DNA from: a virus
Lineage: Duplodnaviria; Caudoviricetes
DNA: 64,000 bases
Reading direction: 5' to 3' (one strand)
Virus record (IMG/VR): IMGVR_UViG_3300034101_006325
Span: 128,001-192,000 of that record
Positions 8,440 through 19,172 of this stretch are shown piece by piece. The position numbers and the translations under genes are program-made. The notes beneath the pieces are model-generated. The model had not been told where the DNA came from. It saw only the letters and a program-made list of their open reading frames with translations, and searched no databases. Within the stretch, counting starts at the first letter, position 1. Each line of letters opens with the position of its first letter.

Positions 8440-10341
8440 TTACGATTCATTTAAAATTAACAAACTATTGTCATTAGCCAAATTTTTCTCATCTTCTATG
8501 TTAATCTTCAATGAAGCTGTTTTTTGGTTTTGGGTATTAATGAATTGAATTTTATAGTGAGATTTACTCTGATTTGTTCCGACTAAATTCATTATTTTTT
8601 TATTTCTATCTATTAATTTGTAATAATCAGGACTAAAATAAATTTTTAGTTGTTTTGATGCTTTACCTGGATTAATTGTGTCTTTATAAAGATCGACTGA
8701 TAACTTTAAATTGGGGTACGGTCTAGGGGCACCAGCTCTACTAATCAATTTTTTGGTTAATTTATTTTTAAAAAAATCAAAAGATACTTCAAATTGTGCA
8801 CTGTAGTTAGAAATTACTCCATGCGTATCAATTACAGCAATAGTATAAATGTATTTTGAAACAGTCAGTGTATCTATGTCAAGCTTAAAATCATCGTCAT
8901 AGGCGAATGTATGGGGATAGTCATCTAAAGAAACATAATTGGCATATTGATTTGAATTTGCCACATTGCCATCAATAACTTCTCCTGTAGGATATTTGAC
9001 AATTGACTTGTCAAAATGTCTTTGATAAATTAATTCAAAAGGTTCATAAATATTTCTTCGTCTGAATACCTGAAATTGCCCTACATCTCTTTGAGCGCTA
9101 ACAGGATAATTCCAAGTAATCTTCAGCCTTTTCTTTCTATAGTCCCAACTAAAATCAATTTGCGATGGAGGTTCTGGTGGCAAAGTATCTTTTTCTGAAA
9201 TTACTTTTACTGCTACGGGATTTGAGGCGATTAAATAACCAACGTACCGTAATTCATTAAAATCTTTTAAATATGCAGGTATCACAATTTGACAAATTGT
9301 TCTTATAACATAATGATAAATTGCGTTGTATTTAACGTTCACGTCGACAATTGAACCAATCTCGAAATTTTCTAGTGGAATTGTTTCAATTTTTATTAAA
9401 TCTTGTCCTATCTGCTCATATTTGTCAATCGTATATCCCACCAATTTTTTTGTTGAAATGAGATTGTTAGAATCAATAGGAATATCAAAAATCTGAAAAG
9501 GCTGAATAAATTCTTCTAACTCTGATAGAGGAATTTTATGATTGTTGTAATATTTTTTAAATGCCTCCAGCGTACTTTGAGGAAGTTTAGTTTTTGCAAA
9601 TAGATCTGGAAGGGCTATTGCATTTAATTGTGTGTATAAGCTTTCTGAGTTTGCAAGAAGCTGATCAAAACCTGTTGTATCTTTTAATATTTTTCCTGTT
9701 TGGTCTGCGAATCTATATCCAAAAGTTTTATTTGGACGATCTCCTAATTTTTCAAGCGTCTCAATGGCTTTAGAAATTTTACTCTTTATTTCTTCTTTTT
9801 TTGACTCTGTTCCACCTGCCAATTTGTAAAAATCTAAATATTTTTTTACATAATTGTCGATTATTCCTGTTTGACTCAAATTATTATTAGAATATAGATC
9901 TATATTACCGTCATTGTTGATATCAGCAGAAGCATCTTCTAAAGAATCAGTTGCAGAAAAAATGTAAGAAATATACTTTGATCCAATAAAATTTCCTTCA
10001 TTTACAATCTTTCTTAAATTTTCCTCAATTAATTTTGGAGAAATTCTAAGCTGACTAAACTGGTTATCAAATTCATTTAAATTAAAATCGGGAATTTCCC
10101 AATTGAGTTTTATAAATCTAGGTACTCTAAGCGTAAAAGAAATATTTTCAGAATCTAATTCATCGACTTTTTTATCTCTATAAAAAGAAGGAATGATCGG
10201 TTTGTCACTTACAGATTCGTCTTCAGTGTAATAATTGTATGCAAAATTTCCAGTAAAATTTTTTACCTGTGGAATTTTAATCGAAGATATTGGATCTGAA
10301 GGATCGGAAGAAATACTGTTGGCATTGAAGTTTATTGTCAT
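8440..10341 (-). CDS. Hypothetical structural protein with Fn3-like C-terminal domain
   Basis: 633 aa ORF. PPEPPSQIDFSW...ITWNYP...YTIAVIDTHGVISNYS is Fn3-like. Confidence 0.5.
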   Translation of the reverse strand: MTINFNANSISSDPSDPISSIKIPQVKNFTGNFAYNYYTEDESVSDKPIIPSFYRDKKVDELDSENISFTLRVPRFIKLNWEIPDFNLNEFDNQFSQLRISPKLIEENLRKIVNEGNFIGSKYISYIFSATDSLEDASADINNDGNIDLYSNNNLSQTGIIDNYVKKYLDFYKLAGGTESKKEEIKSKISKAIETLEKLGDRPNKTFGYRFADQTGKILKDTTGFDQLLANSESLYTQLNAIALPDLFAKTKLPQSTLEAFKKYYNNHKIPLSELEEFIQPFQIFDIPIDSNNLISTKKLVGYTIDKYEQIGQDLIKIETIPLENFEIGSIVDVNVKYNAIYHYVIRTICQIVIPAYLKDFNELRYVGYLIASNPVAVKVISEKDTLPPEPPSQIDFSWDYRKKRLKITWNYPVSAQRDVGQFQVFRRRNIYEPFELIYQRHFDKSIVKYPTGEVIDGNVANSNQYANYVSLDDYPHTFAYDDDFKLDIDTLTVSKYIYTIAVIDTHGVISNYSAQFEVSFDFFKNKLTKKLISRAGAPRPYPNLKLSVDLYKDTINPGKASKQLKIYFSPDYYKLIDRNKKIMNLVGTNQSKSHYKIQFINTQNQKTASLKINIEDEKNLANDNSLLILNES

Positions 10342-10347
10342 AAATTT

Positions 10348-13300
10348 TCAGTATCCTTCAATTGTTACAAAATATTGGTCATAAGTAACTGCTGATACAT
10401 TATTTTGCCTTCTTTTATAAACAACATTTCCATTTGTGTCTAACCTATCAACAAGCTGATTATTGATGGCAAATCTGAGTGTTTCTGAGTCTGTTTGAAT
10501 TTCATCAACAAAAAAATCATCTGGATCAAATAATATATGGAATACTCTATCAAACTTTCTTATCTTTAACGTATTGTTGACTAATTCGCTAGGATTAATA
10601 GTTAAAAATGTGCTATTTGCTATTAATTTTTTGGTAGAGACGTTATTTGTATTCGTTGTTGGCGGATTAAAGAGTTGAGTCAATGTGGGTGGAGTTTGTA
10701 CAAATGAAGGACTTGATGTTGCTGTAGGAATTGAAGAAAAATTATCATAGATATTTTCATTAAAATCTACATCTGACAAGTATTTCAGATATTCTTCTGC
10801 AATAAAACTATCAATGTGATTATTATTAATTTGATCAATAACGTCGCTCGATAAAAATGAATAATCTTGCAAAATATTTTGTTGATATTCAGGTTCTAAT
10901 GTTCCATTTTTGAAAAGCCTAAGACCAACTTTTCCGTTTGAATAATCGACTTGATAAAATGGGAAAGCTTGACGATTTAAATACGGAGGATTGTCTGACA
11001 TAAGCACATCTTTTATGTTATGTGGAATTGTATCGTAATTTTTAAGAATTTTTGTAGGGAATCTGTCCATATCAAAAACATAAGAAATAGGCTTGTGTAT
11101 TAATGTGCTTAGAAAGTTATCTATTCTAAACAAATTTATTCTTATTATTGACGATAATTTCTTTGAATTATTCGGATTATATTGTGAGACGTTTGCAGAT
11201 AGATACCTCACCAAATTTTGAGGAATTCCAACCGACATTATCTTTTTGTTAAAAGAAACCTGTTCTGACCATTGTAGACCAGAATTAAACCATCTTTTTA
11301 CAAATAACTTCCAAGATACTAAAGAAGTGTCTTCTACTGGTAGATACCCTTCGAAAGTATTAGATTCTTTAAAGGAAGAAAAATAAAAAGTATCTTTTAA
11401 AACTGATCTATCTGATCCTAAAGATGCATTTATGGCAGATTTAGAACGTTCATGCAGGTCTAAAAGCTTATTTTGTGTTAAAAGCAACTGCTCTTTTGTT
11501 ATAAGATTTCTTTGGACCTGTGGGCCGCCTTCGCTTATTTTTGTTTCAAGGACAGCACCCATTAGATGAAAAATACTATTTTGCGTATTTGAAAGTATTT
11601 GTTTGAATTCATCAATTTGCTTTTTTAAACCTGCAACGTAGATAGCAAATCTATTAATATATTTTCTGTATAAATTGGCATAATTGTAAATTTTATTTTC
11701 ACTGTTGACCATTACAGAATCAATTTTTAATCCACGAATTCCAGAAATTTGTTGATATTCTGATGGGGTAATAGTCTGAAGATCTTCGCTAGGAATAAAT
11801 CCAAATTTTAATAAATCTTTGAAATTTGATTCTGTATTGGTTAATTTTCCTAATGAATTAAACTTACCAATTGATGCATCATAAATTTTACTTACAACAA
11901 TATAACCGTCAAATGAAACGATATCATATATTGCTTCAACATCTTGACCCACAACGTTTTTATAATCTACTATGTCTTTGTCAATAAATGATTTAACGTA
12001 TGCTATTATTCTTTCTGGATTTGCTGCATGAACAATTAAACAACAAAGTTCAAATAAACCCGCCATAAAAGCTGTTCTTTGAATTCCTGAATATTGTGTA
12101 ATATAATCGTCTGAAGTTGTTTCTGGTTCATTTTTAAAAGGCGAATTGTACTTAGTAGTAATAATTCTTTCTGACTTCTTTTTAAATTTAGTAACTGAAA
12201 GTATACTCAGCATCATTCTTGCTATGTTGTCAAGTATTGGTAAATTCCCTCCGCTAGACTTTAAATAATCTCTAATATCTTTTAATGTATGAAGTTTATT
12301 TGTGTCTAAATCGTCGGATTTAAGATCTGCTCTTTTTGATAAATTTTTATCTACTTCTTCTTTTTTTAATTGTGCTATTGTAGTAGAAAGTCTACTATAA
12401 ATTTTCTCTGCAATTAATTCCTGAAATGTAAAAAAAGTCGTCTGATTGTTTAAGGTTATTGAATTAACAACAGACTCTGAAAATTTGGATCCGTTGATTC
12501 TTAAAGCAACATACAAAAAAAGCAGACTTCTAAGCTTTGGATCGCTCATTGATTTTGATATTAAAACTGCGCTGAAGTCTTTAAAGGCACCTACAGGCTG
12601 AGAAGTAATATAGCCTTCTTCATAATTTTCATTTCTTTTAAGAAGGTGAGACGGAGATAAAACTTCATTTTCAATTTTTCTTATCAAAACAATTGGTCTT
12701 GAAAAAGAATTAAAAGGATCATTATCATAACCAGAATTTTGTCCATTCTTAAATTTACTTAAATTTAAAACTTTTTCGCCAAGTGATCTATAGGGTCTTG
12801 GGTATTGATCAAATGACATTTTCCCTGCAATCATTGACAACATTTTATAATTATTTCCCAGCCTTGACTGTAGTTTGCTGATCCTAGATGTGTCAAAACT
12901 AAAATTCGAATATCTTAATGAACTTTCAATGTAATAATAAAAACCGGGTGAAAGTATTGCAAGTCTATCGGATGAACTGTTATCGCTAAAAATGTCGTCT
13001 CTTAAAAATTTATCTTCAAATGTTAGAACTTCAGTATTGTCATCCTCGACAACTTGGGACAAACTAATTAAAGAATTTTTATTACCGAGCGGGGTTGAAT
13101 CAATGTCTGTTATATCCTTTCCTGGCTGACCAATGAGATAATCCCATATATCTGAAAAATTTTCTTTATTACTTGGATAACCAAAATTATCAAGAATTCC
13201 TTGATCCATATTGTTTGAGAATGACAACTCTTGACAGAGTAAATTTGATAATTTTGCTATAGAAGTTTCAATATCTTCTTCGGATGAAAAAACGGGCTCA

Positions 13301-14217
13301 TTAAACATGGACCCATTCACAAAAAGATTGTTGGCTTGTGTCAAAAGCAAGTCCATATTATTTTCATCAATAACAAAATCATCACTAAAAATTGGTAGAA
13401 TTTGTTTTTGAACAGAATTGAAATTAAATCTTTTTGTATTGCTGAGAAGAGAAGGTGTAATCAAATAAGGATCTTTGTAGTTATTTAAAAAATCAGGATT
13501 GTTAGGTATAAAAACATCGGATGCTTCAGACTGAAAAGAATAAGGCAAACCACCTTTTAATACTTCTTTTAGTTCTAAGCACATCTGTATCCATGTTTTT
13601 GTAGGAGTCCAGTTCAAAATATTTTCTTCACTTGTAAAAAGAACTTCAGCGACTGACATAGGATAGCCAAAGCTATCAGGATTTCCTATTCTAAATTTTT
13701 CAATGACAGATCCGTCAAGTCGATATGTCGGATTAAATCTTCGTCTAATTTTTTCTAGTTGAGTTAAAAAATCTGTTATGTAATCAGAAAATTGTAGTGA
13801 ACCTGTCTTAATAAAGTTTAAATTAGTAGTAACAAATTGATTTGTGCCGCCTGTTTGTCCTAAAGAAGGAACATTAATAGCTTCTAAATATTTGCTAAAA
13901 TTTATGAGCAATGAGTCTTGCTTTGCTTCTAGAATTTCGTAAAATGGACCTTTTAAATTGTTGTTGTCAAATTCAAGAGGTACAAAATTTGCTAGAGAGA
14001 TTATTTCAGGTTTTTTATTTTGAATACCAGTATTGACATAAAAAGGATCTGTTGAATTTTTTACTTTTTCTTCAAAAAAATTCTGCGAGTAATTTTGATT
14101 ACTATCATCGACTGGAAAATTAAAGTCTTTATTTGTTAAAAATGATCCTAACCCTGATTTTGAATTGGCATTTTTATTGCCTGCATGAACATTTCCTATT
14201 TTAGTACTTTTACCCAT
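10348..14217 (-). CDS. Large hypothetical protein (1289 aa), probably structural
   Basis: Long open frame, tightly spaced within the structural operon. No recognisable motif. Confidence 0.55.
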   Translation of the reverse strand: MGKSTKIGNVHAGNKNANSKSGLGSFLTNKDFNFPVDDSNQNYSQNFFEEKVKNSTDPFYVNTGIQNKKPEIISLANFVPLEFDNNNLKGPFYEILEAKQDSLLINFSKYLEAINVPSLGQTGGTNQFVTTNLNFIKTGSLQFSDYITDFLTQLEKIRRRFNPTYRLDGSVIEKFRIGNPDSFGYPMSVAEVLFTSEENILNWTPTKTWIQMCLELKEVLKGGLPYSFQSEASDVFIPNNPDFLNNYKDPYLITPSLLSNTKRFNFNSVQKQILPIFSDDFVIDENNMDLLLTQANNLFVNGSMFNEPVFSSEEDIETSIAKLSNLLCQELSFSNNMDQGILDNFGYPSNKENFSDIWDYLIGQPGKDITDIDSTPLGNKNSLISLSQVVEDDNTEVLTFEDKFLRDDIFSDNSSSDRLAILSPGFYYYIESSLRYSNFSFDTSRISKLQSRLGNNYKMLSMIAGKMSFDQYPRPYRSLGEKVLNLSKFKNGQNSGYDNDPFNSFSRPIVLIRKIENEVLSPSHLLKRNENYEEGYITSQPVGAFKDFSAVLISKSMSDPKLRSLLFLYVALRINGSKFSESVVNSITLNNQTTFFTFQELIAEKIYSRLSTTIAQLKKEEVDKNLSKRADLKSDDLDTNKLHTLKDIRDYLKSSGGNLPILDNIARMMLSILSVTKFKKKSERIITTKYNSPFKNEPETTSDDYITQYSGIQRTAFMAGLFELCCLIVHAANPERIIAYVKSFIDKDIVDYKNVVGQDVEAIYDIVSFDGYIVVSKIYDASIGKFNSLGKLTNTESNFKDLLKFGFIPSEDLQTITPSEYQQISGIRGLKIDSVMVNSENKIYNYANLYRKYINRFAIYVAGLKKQIDEFKQILSNTQNSIFHLMGAVLETKISEGGPQVQRNLITKEQLLLTQNKLLDLHERSKSAINASLGSDRSVLKDTFYFSSFKESNTFEGYLPVEDTSLVSWKLFVKRWFNSGLQWSEQVSFNKKIMSVGIPQNLVRYLSANVSQYNPNNSKKLSSIIRINLFRIDNFLSTLIHKPISYVFDMDRFPTKILKNYDTIPHNIKDVLMSDNPPYLNRQAFPFYQVDYSNGKVGLRLFKNGTLEPEYQQNILQDYSFLSSDVIDQINNNHIDSFIAEEYLKYLSDVDFNENIYDNFSSIPTATSSPSFVQTPPTLTQLFNPPTTNTNNVSTKKLIANSTFLTINPSELVNNTLKIRKFDRVFHILFDPDDFFVDEIQTDSETLRFAINNQLVDRLDTNGNVVYKRRQNNVSAVTYDQYFVTIEGY

Positions 14218-14235
14218 AATTCACTTCCGTCCGTC

Positions 14236-16656
14236 TTAAACAAGGTAGGCATTAAATTCTTCAGGTGACAAAGTCAAAGCATTGGATCTTTTTGCCGGTA
14301 AAATATTAAAATCTTTAGTAATTCCTATCACATAGTATACCAAAGTTCCTCTATCTTCTTTTTCTAATTTTAGAATAACATCACGATTATGCAATGTTCC
14401 AACAAAAGATTTTTTCTTAGCTACTTCTTTTATTAAAATAAAATGATCGTAATCATCTAAAGTACCTGTTAATTGCCAAGAAATTTTTACATGCTCCATG
14501 TCTATTCTTCTAGCATCAACATTATTAATACCAAAAAAATTATTTAAACCTTGTAGAGTATATTCTTGTAGTATACCAATATTTTGGTCCGAAGATAGAC
14601 CGATAATAGTTCCATGAGTATCTTCTGCGTACATATGACCTGTTTGTAATACATAAGGTTGTCTCCAGATGTAAGGTCTATATGAATAAGTTCTAGGAAC
14701 TAAAGTGCTATTGTTGTTGCTATTGTTGTTTCCTAAATTAATTTCAACAGTTTTAATCCTGTCCTTAAATACCGTTTCAATGTCTTTTAAAATTCCATGA
14801 ACTTGATAGTTGTAGGAATTCGTAGGGTCAAGATCATCGATTCCTAATGCAGTCCTTGAAGAAAAATCATCTGAAAATTCAGCAGAATTGGTTGCACTGA
14901 TTTGATTAAATTCCTCAATTTTTCCATTTTTTAAATTTGTTCTAACTACTTTAAAAAATAAAAATTTTGATAATTCGTCTGTTGAATTTTTAATTTCTTC
15001 TGCAAATAAACTATACAATTGACTATTGGTTAGTTCTCCTAAAATTTTATCTAATTCATTGGTTTCAACGGTTGAATTAATTGTAAATCTAAAAAAATGC
15101 TTATTGTTTTCAATGCCTCTTAGCTGATTAGAAATATTAATTTTTATAATTTTGTTTTTAGAAAAATTAGCATGTCTATAAACAGTTGATTTTGACTGAA
15201 CGATTCCATGTGAGGTCAAATATTCAAGTGTATACTCGTAAACTTTATCTTCCTGAACTTCAGCATCAAAAATACTTTGTTGATCAGTATTAGGTTGAAT
15301 AAAATCAAAATCAATAAAATTTAATTCAACAGCAGTATTTTTTTGATTGCTGGTGTGAAGCATTCTTTTTTTAATTCTAAATTTAGATGCAAAAGTTGGA
15401 ATATTCCTTACAGTAACTAGGGCAGCATTTCCTATGCTTTTGACTATTAATGCTGATGTGTCTATTGTAAATGCATTGCAGTGTGCTATGCTTTTAAAAA
15501 AAGGACTATTGACATGATAAAGACTATTACCGACATAACATCGGTAAATGTCCACATAATTTTCAGGTTTATAGTCTATACCCGAGTAGACTGTTGCAGG
15601 TGAATAATTTATATTCTTTTCTAGAAGACCTTTAAATAAGGATGGATCTCCTCTTCCTGACACTGATTTTTTTTGGATAATAACATTGTTAATATCTTCA
15701 GAATTAAATGCAACCTTTAAATTTTTACCACCTATTTTTAAATTTGGAACTTGGCTGAGCTGTCTAGCATTAGTAATTAAAGTTGGTGCATCAAAAATCT
15801 TTCTAATTGAAAAAACAGGGGTAGGATTATCAATCTGATGAACATCAAATTGCACAGTCAAAGGTTTGTTGCAGTGAGATTTTGGAAGATCAACTGCATA
15901 TCTAATAAATTTTTTGTCTGCAAAAATCTTTTTTTTAACTTTTTTGTAATAAAAATTTTCTTTTGAAAGAGAATCCAAAGCATCGTTAAAATAATAGTCA
16001 CCTATTTGTTTAATAGAGTGAATTGCAGAATTTGCAACTATATTCTCACCATTATTTTTAGATGTGTAAATATTGATAATTTCTGCAGGATCAATTTGAT
16101 AATTTGTTAATAAATTTAGTGCATTATTCTTATAATTTTTTTCATTAATTGGTCTATCTACCAGTGGCCCTGTTTTTGTTAAAAAATTACTATCATTGGT
16201 GCTTGTTATCTCTTCAAGAGTCTCTACAGTGTCATACAATCCTTCAATATTTGTTAGAATTGCTCCGTTTTTAATTTGCTCTTTATTGAGAGAAAGATTA
16301 TAACTAAAAGGAAAATTTTTACTAAAAATTTTACTTATTGCCTTCTTTTTTGCTTCCTGAACTTGAAGTTTGCTCTTTTGAAGCAAGTCATTAGCTTTTT
16401 TCTTGCCTGAGTTAAAATAACCAGTTCTGGCATTGTATAAATTGGCGCCAGCATCTTCTTCTTCTATTCCTTCGTTAATATCAGTAAAAACTGATATCTT
16501 TACATGATTTAGATCATTTTTGATAATGTCACTCTGAAGGTAACTTACTAAAAAACTAAATCTGTAGAAGGTATTTGTTTGAGAAACAAAAGAAGAAAAA
16601 TATTTTTCAATTCTTAGGACGTCATTTTGAGAAAATTTATTGGTAAAAACTTTCAT
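14236..16656 (-). CDS. Hypothetical structural protein with Ig/Fn3-like beta modules
   Basis: 806 aa ORF with ATGA overlap. DAEVQEDKVYEYTLEY and VKISWQL...YYVIGI are Fn3-like. Confidence 0.5.
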   Translation of the reverse strand: MKVFTNKFSQNDVLRIEKYFSSFVSQTNTFYRFSFLVSYLQSDIIKNDLNHVKISVFTDINEGIEEEDAGANLYNARTGYFNSGKKKANDLLQKSKLQVQEAKKKAISKIFSKNFPFSYNLSLNKEQIKNGAILTNIEGLYDTVETLEEITSTNDSNFLTKTGPLVDRPINEKNYKNNALNLLTNYQIDPAEIINIYTSKNNGENIVANSAIHSIKQIGDYYFNDALDSLSKENFYYKKVKKKIFADKKFIRYAVDLPKSHCNKPLTVQFDVHQIDNPTPVFSIRKIFDAPTLITNARQLSQVPNLKIGGKNLKVAFNSEDINNVIIQKKSVSGRGDPSLFKGLLEKNINYSPATVYSGIDYKPENYVDIYRCYVGNSLYHVNSPFFKSIAHCNAFTIDTSALIVKSIGNAALVTVRNIPTFASKFRIKKRMLHTSNQKNTAVELNFIDFDFIQPNTDQQSIFDAEVQEDKVYEYTLEYLTSHGIVQSKSTVYRHANFSKNKIIKINISNQLRGIENNKHFFRFTINSTVETNELDKILGELTNSQLYSLFAEEIKNSTDELSKFLFFKVVRTNLKNGKIEEFNQISATNSAEFSDDFSSRTALGIDDLDPTNSYNYQVHGILKDIETVFKDRIKTVEINLGNNNSNNNSTLVPRTYSYRPYIWRQPYVLQTGHMYAEDTHGTIIGLSSDQNIGILQEYTLQGLNNFFGINNVDARRIDMEHVKISWQLTGTLDDYDHFILIKEVAKKKSFVGTLHNRDVILKLEKEDRGTLVYYVIGITKDFNILPAKRSNALTLSPEEFNAYLV

Positions 16657-17720
16657 TGTTCCTCTTCTTCATCATCATTTCCAAATACAAGAGTAAAAAT
16701 ATTGACAAAACAGTCAGTTCCTGTATCGTCAGTTATGACTTTTCCTACATAGTATACTTTTTTGTCTGAAACAACAACATTTCTCGAATCATTGGCATAA
16801 ATCTTTGCATCTATAACATCGAGTTTTTTTACTTCGCTGTTGTTAATTTCAAAAAATTGAGCAATTATTTCGTTGTCTTTTGAAGTAGGATCAAATATTA
16901 CTTTTTTATATGAGTAATTTTTTAATTTTTCCTGCAAAATGTCGTATGTAACTTTAGTTGTTGGCCCCCATGGAGGGTAGTTACCTAAATTGTAATTTTT
17001 ATTTCTTAATTCTAAAGAATTGGTTCTATCGATATTGGGGTCATTAATCTTTACAGTTGGTGGTAGATAGAGAAAATTTTCTACATTATTCAATTTATCA
17101 TCACTAAAAAGTGAGTCAATTGTATTGACATTTGTAGGATTTACTTTAGCAATTTCATCTTCTCTAAAATTTATTTCGAATTGTACTTCCTCAACATTTA
17201 ATGCAAAATCTTGATCCTCAAAAATAGGATCAGCAGTTCCAAGTATACAAAGACTCTTAAAATTATCGAGTGAAGAAGTTAAGATTCCTTCAAGCAATGA
17301 AGCAAATTTTTGCCCATAAATTAATTCTTCTGTAAAACTGCCTTCAATACCAACGTCAGAAGAAAAGATTTGAGATCTTGCTTTTAATTTGCCATTTACA
17401 AAAGAAGTCCATGCTAAGCTGCTTGTGATGCTTCCAGTAACAGTTGTTGTCTCTAGCGTCGCATGCTGTCTAAAAGGTGAAAGTCTACCAGAATCATCTG
17501 CTTCAAATGTTATCTGATCATATGGCGCGTTAAATGCTTCAAAATACAGCTTGTCTGTAGGATCTAGATGACCATTCGCATCATCTCTTCTATAGACAAG
17601 CATTCTATCGGAAAAAGTATAGTACTTTACCTCAAAAGTATTTTGAGACATTTGACGACGGCCTTCGTAGGTTAGAATGCCGTCGAGTACTCTAGATTTA
17701 TTATCTATAATTCCGCTCAT
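16653..17720 (-). CDS. Virion structural protein, paralog of 7673-8383 at the N-terminus
   Basis: MSGIIDNKSRVLDGILTYEGRRQMS...YYTFSD versus MGWLDNSTNNIILDAVLTDYGRQKLA. ATG at 17720. Confidence 0.55.
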   Translation of the reverse strand: MSGIIDNKSRVLDGILTYEGRRQMSQNTFEVKYYTFSDRMLVYRRDDANGHLDPTDKLYFEAFNAPYDQITFEADDSGRLSPFRQHATLETTTVTGSITSSLAWTSFVNGKLKARSQIFSSDVGIEGSFTEELIYGQKFASLLEGILTSSLDNFKSLCILGTADPIFEDQDFALNVEEVQFEINFREDEIAKVNPTNVNTIDSLFSDDKLNNVENFLYLPPTVKINDPNIDRTNSLELRNKNYNLGNYPPWGPTTKVTYDILQEKLKNYSYKKVIFDPTSKDNEIIAQFFEINNSEVKKLDVIDAKIYANDSRNVVVSDKKVYYVGKVITDDTGTDCFVNIFTLVFGNDDEEEEQ

Positions 17721-17767
17721 GATCGACCATAACAAATATTACTAATTACATAAAACTAACCCAGTAA

Positions 17768-19162
17768 TTATAGAATCTTTGAAGCAAGGGTCGCCAACTC
17801 ACTTCTCTCACCCTTGAGAAGACTCACATGGCCAGCTATGGGGTAGTCTTTAAATTTTTCAATTGCATATGTTAGGCCATTAGTAAACACATCAACGTGT
17901 ACGTTATCAATTTGTTCAATATCTCCAGTAAGAACTATTTTAGTACCATCACCAACTCGAGTGATGATTGTCTTTAGTTCGTGCATTGAAAGATTTTGAG
18001 CCTCATCAATGATGATATAAGCATTGGGAATTGAGCGGCCGCGGATGAATGTGATTGCCTCAATTTCGATGAGACCTTTTTCCTGGAGGAGTGAAAGGTA
18101 GTATTCATCGTTTGACTTTGGTTTTCCGTTGGGGTCAACACCACTTGGAACTTTGCGACGGTGACCTTTCTTGCCACTCATTAGAAAGTTCATATTGTCA
18201 CGGATTGGTGCAATCCATGGCTCCATCTTTTCCTCAAGTGTGCCTGGAAGGAATCCAATGTCTTTGCCTACAGGTTGAACTGGCCGGGTAACAATGAGTT
18301 TGTCGTACTTAGGCTGACCACCCAGTCCTTTTAACTGTTCTAGCGCTGCAGCAATAGCAAGCAATGTTTTTCCTGTACCAGAAGGCCCCGTCAAAGTTAA
18401 AAGTTTAATATTGTCATCAAACAACAAATCATAAGAAAATGATTGTTCCTTATTTCTCGGCTTAAGACCAAATGCAGACTCAATCTTGGTAATTGGAACA
18501 AGTGGTTTTTCAGGATGCAAACATTTTGCAAGTGCTGATTTTATTGTTTTGCCATCTATTCCCGTAGTTTTTATGACAATAATTTGATTTGGGTAAAGTT
18601 TTCTATCGCCAATAAATTCATCAGGTATCCAAACCTGCTCTTCATGATAGAAACTATCGACATATTCTTCGGGTACCTCTAAAACTTCAACACCTCGATA
18701 GAACTGCTCTTCATTGGCAGTTACTCTCATTTTTAAATAGTCTTCGCACTTAATTCCTAAAGAATCACATTTAATTCTAACATTAATATCTTTGGAGACG
18801 AGAATACAATTTTCTTTCTCATGTTGTAATTGAAACATGAGCGCAATGATCATATTATCTGTTTTTGATGTTTGAAGTTCTTGTGGAAGTTTATTGGCCC
18901 ATTCTGAATTAACTGAAACAATCCTTAGAGATCCTCCTTGAGGAAGACTTACACCATCAGTCAAACTTCCTTTGGAGCGCAAGTCGTCAAGAGACCTTGA
19001 TATTTGACGAGCGCCTTTTCCAACTTCATCCAATCGACTTTTATGACGGTCTAGTTCTTCTAAGACTGCCATAGGAATTATCAAATCATTGTCTTCAAAA
19101 GAAAAAATTGAATTTGAGTCGCTGAGTAAAACGTTTGTATCTAGGACGTATAATTTTTTCAT
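17768..19162 (-). CDS. phoH: PIN-PhoH (PhoH2-type) protein
   Basis: PIN motifs YVLDTNVLL, VLEELD, LVSKDINVR; Walker A GPSGTGKT; PhoH motifs IGFLPG, RGRSI, IIDEAQN, GDIEQID. Confidence 0.92.
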   Translation of the reverse strand: MKKLYVLDTNVLLSDSNSIFSFEDNDLIIPMAVLEELDRHKSRLDEVGKGARQISRSLDDLRSKGSLTDGVSLPQGGSLRIVSVNSEWANKLPQELQTSKTDNMIIALMFQLQHEKENCILVSKDINVRIKCDSLGIKCEDYLKMRVTANEEQFYRGVEVLEVPEEYVDSFYHEEQVWIPDEFIGDRKLYPNQIIVIKTTGIDGKTIKSALAKCLHPEKPLVPITKIESAFGLKPRNKEQSFSYDLLFDDNIKLLTLTGPSGTGKTLLAIAAALEQLKGLGGQPKYDKLIVTRPVQPVGKDIGFLPGTLEEKMEPWIAPIRDNMNFLMSGKKGHRRKVPSGVDPNGKPKSNDEYYLSLLQEKGLIEIEAITFIRGRSIPNAYIIIDEAQNLSMHELKTIITRVGDGTKIVLTGDIEQIDNVHVDVFTNGLTYAIEKFKDYPIAGHVSLLKGERSELATLASKIL

Positions 19163-19172
19163 GCCTGTAATC

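Noticed and set aside
14707-14730. Perfect 12-bp tandem duplication GCTATTGTTGTT x2
   Set aside because: An in-frame Asn/Ser loop expansion with two copies only; not an array or contingency locus.
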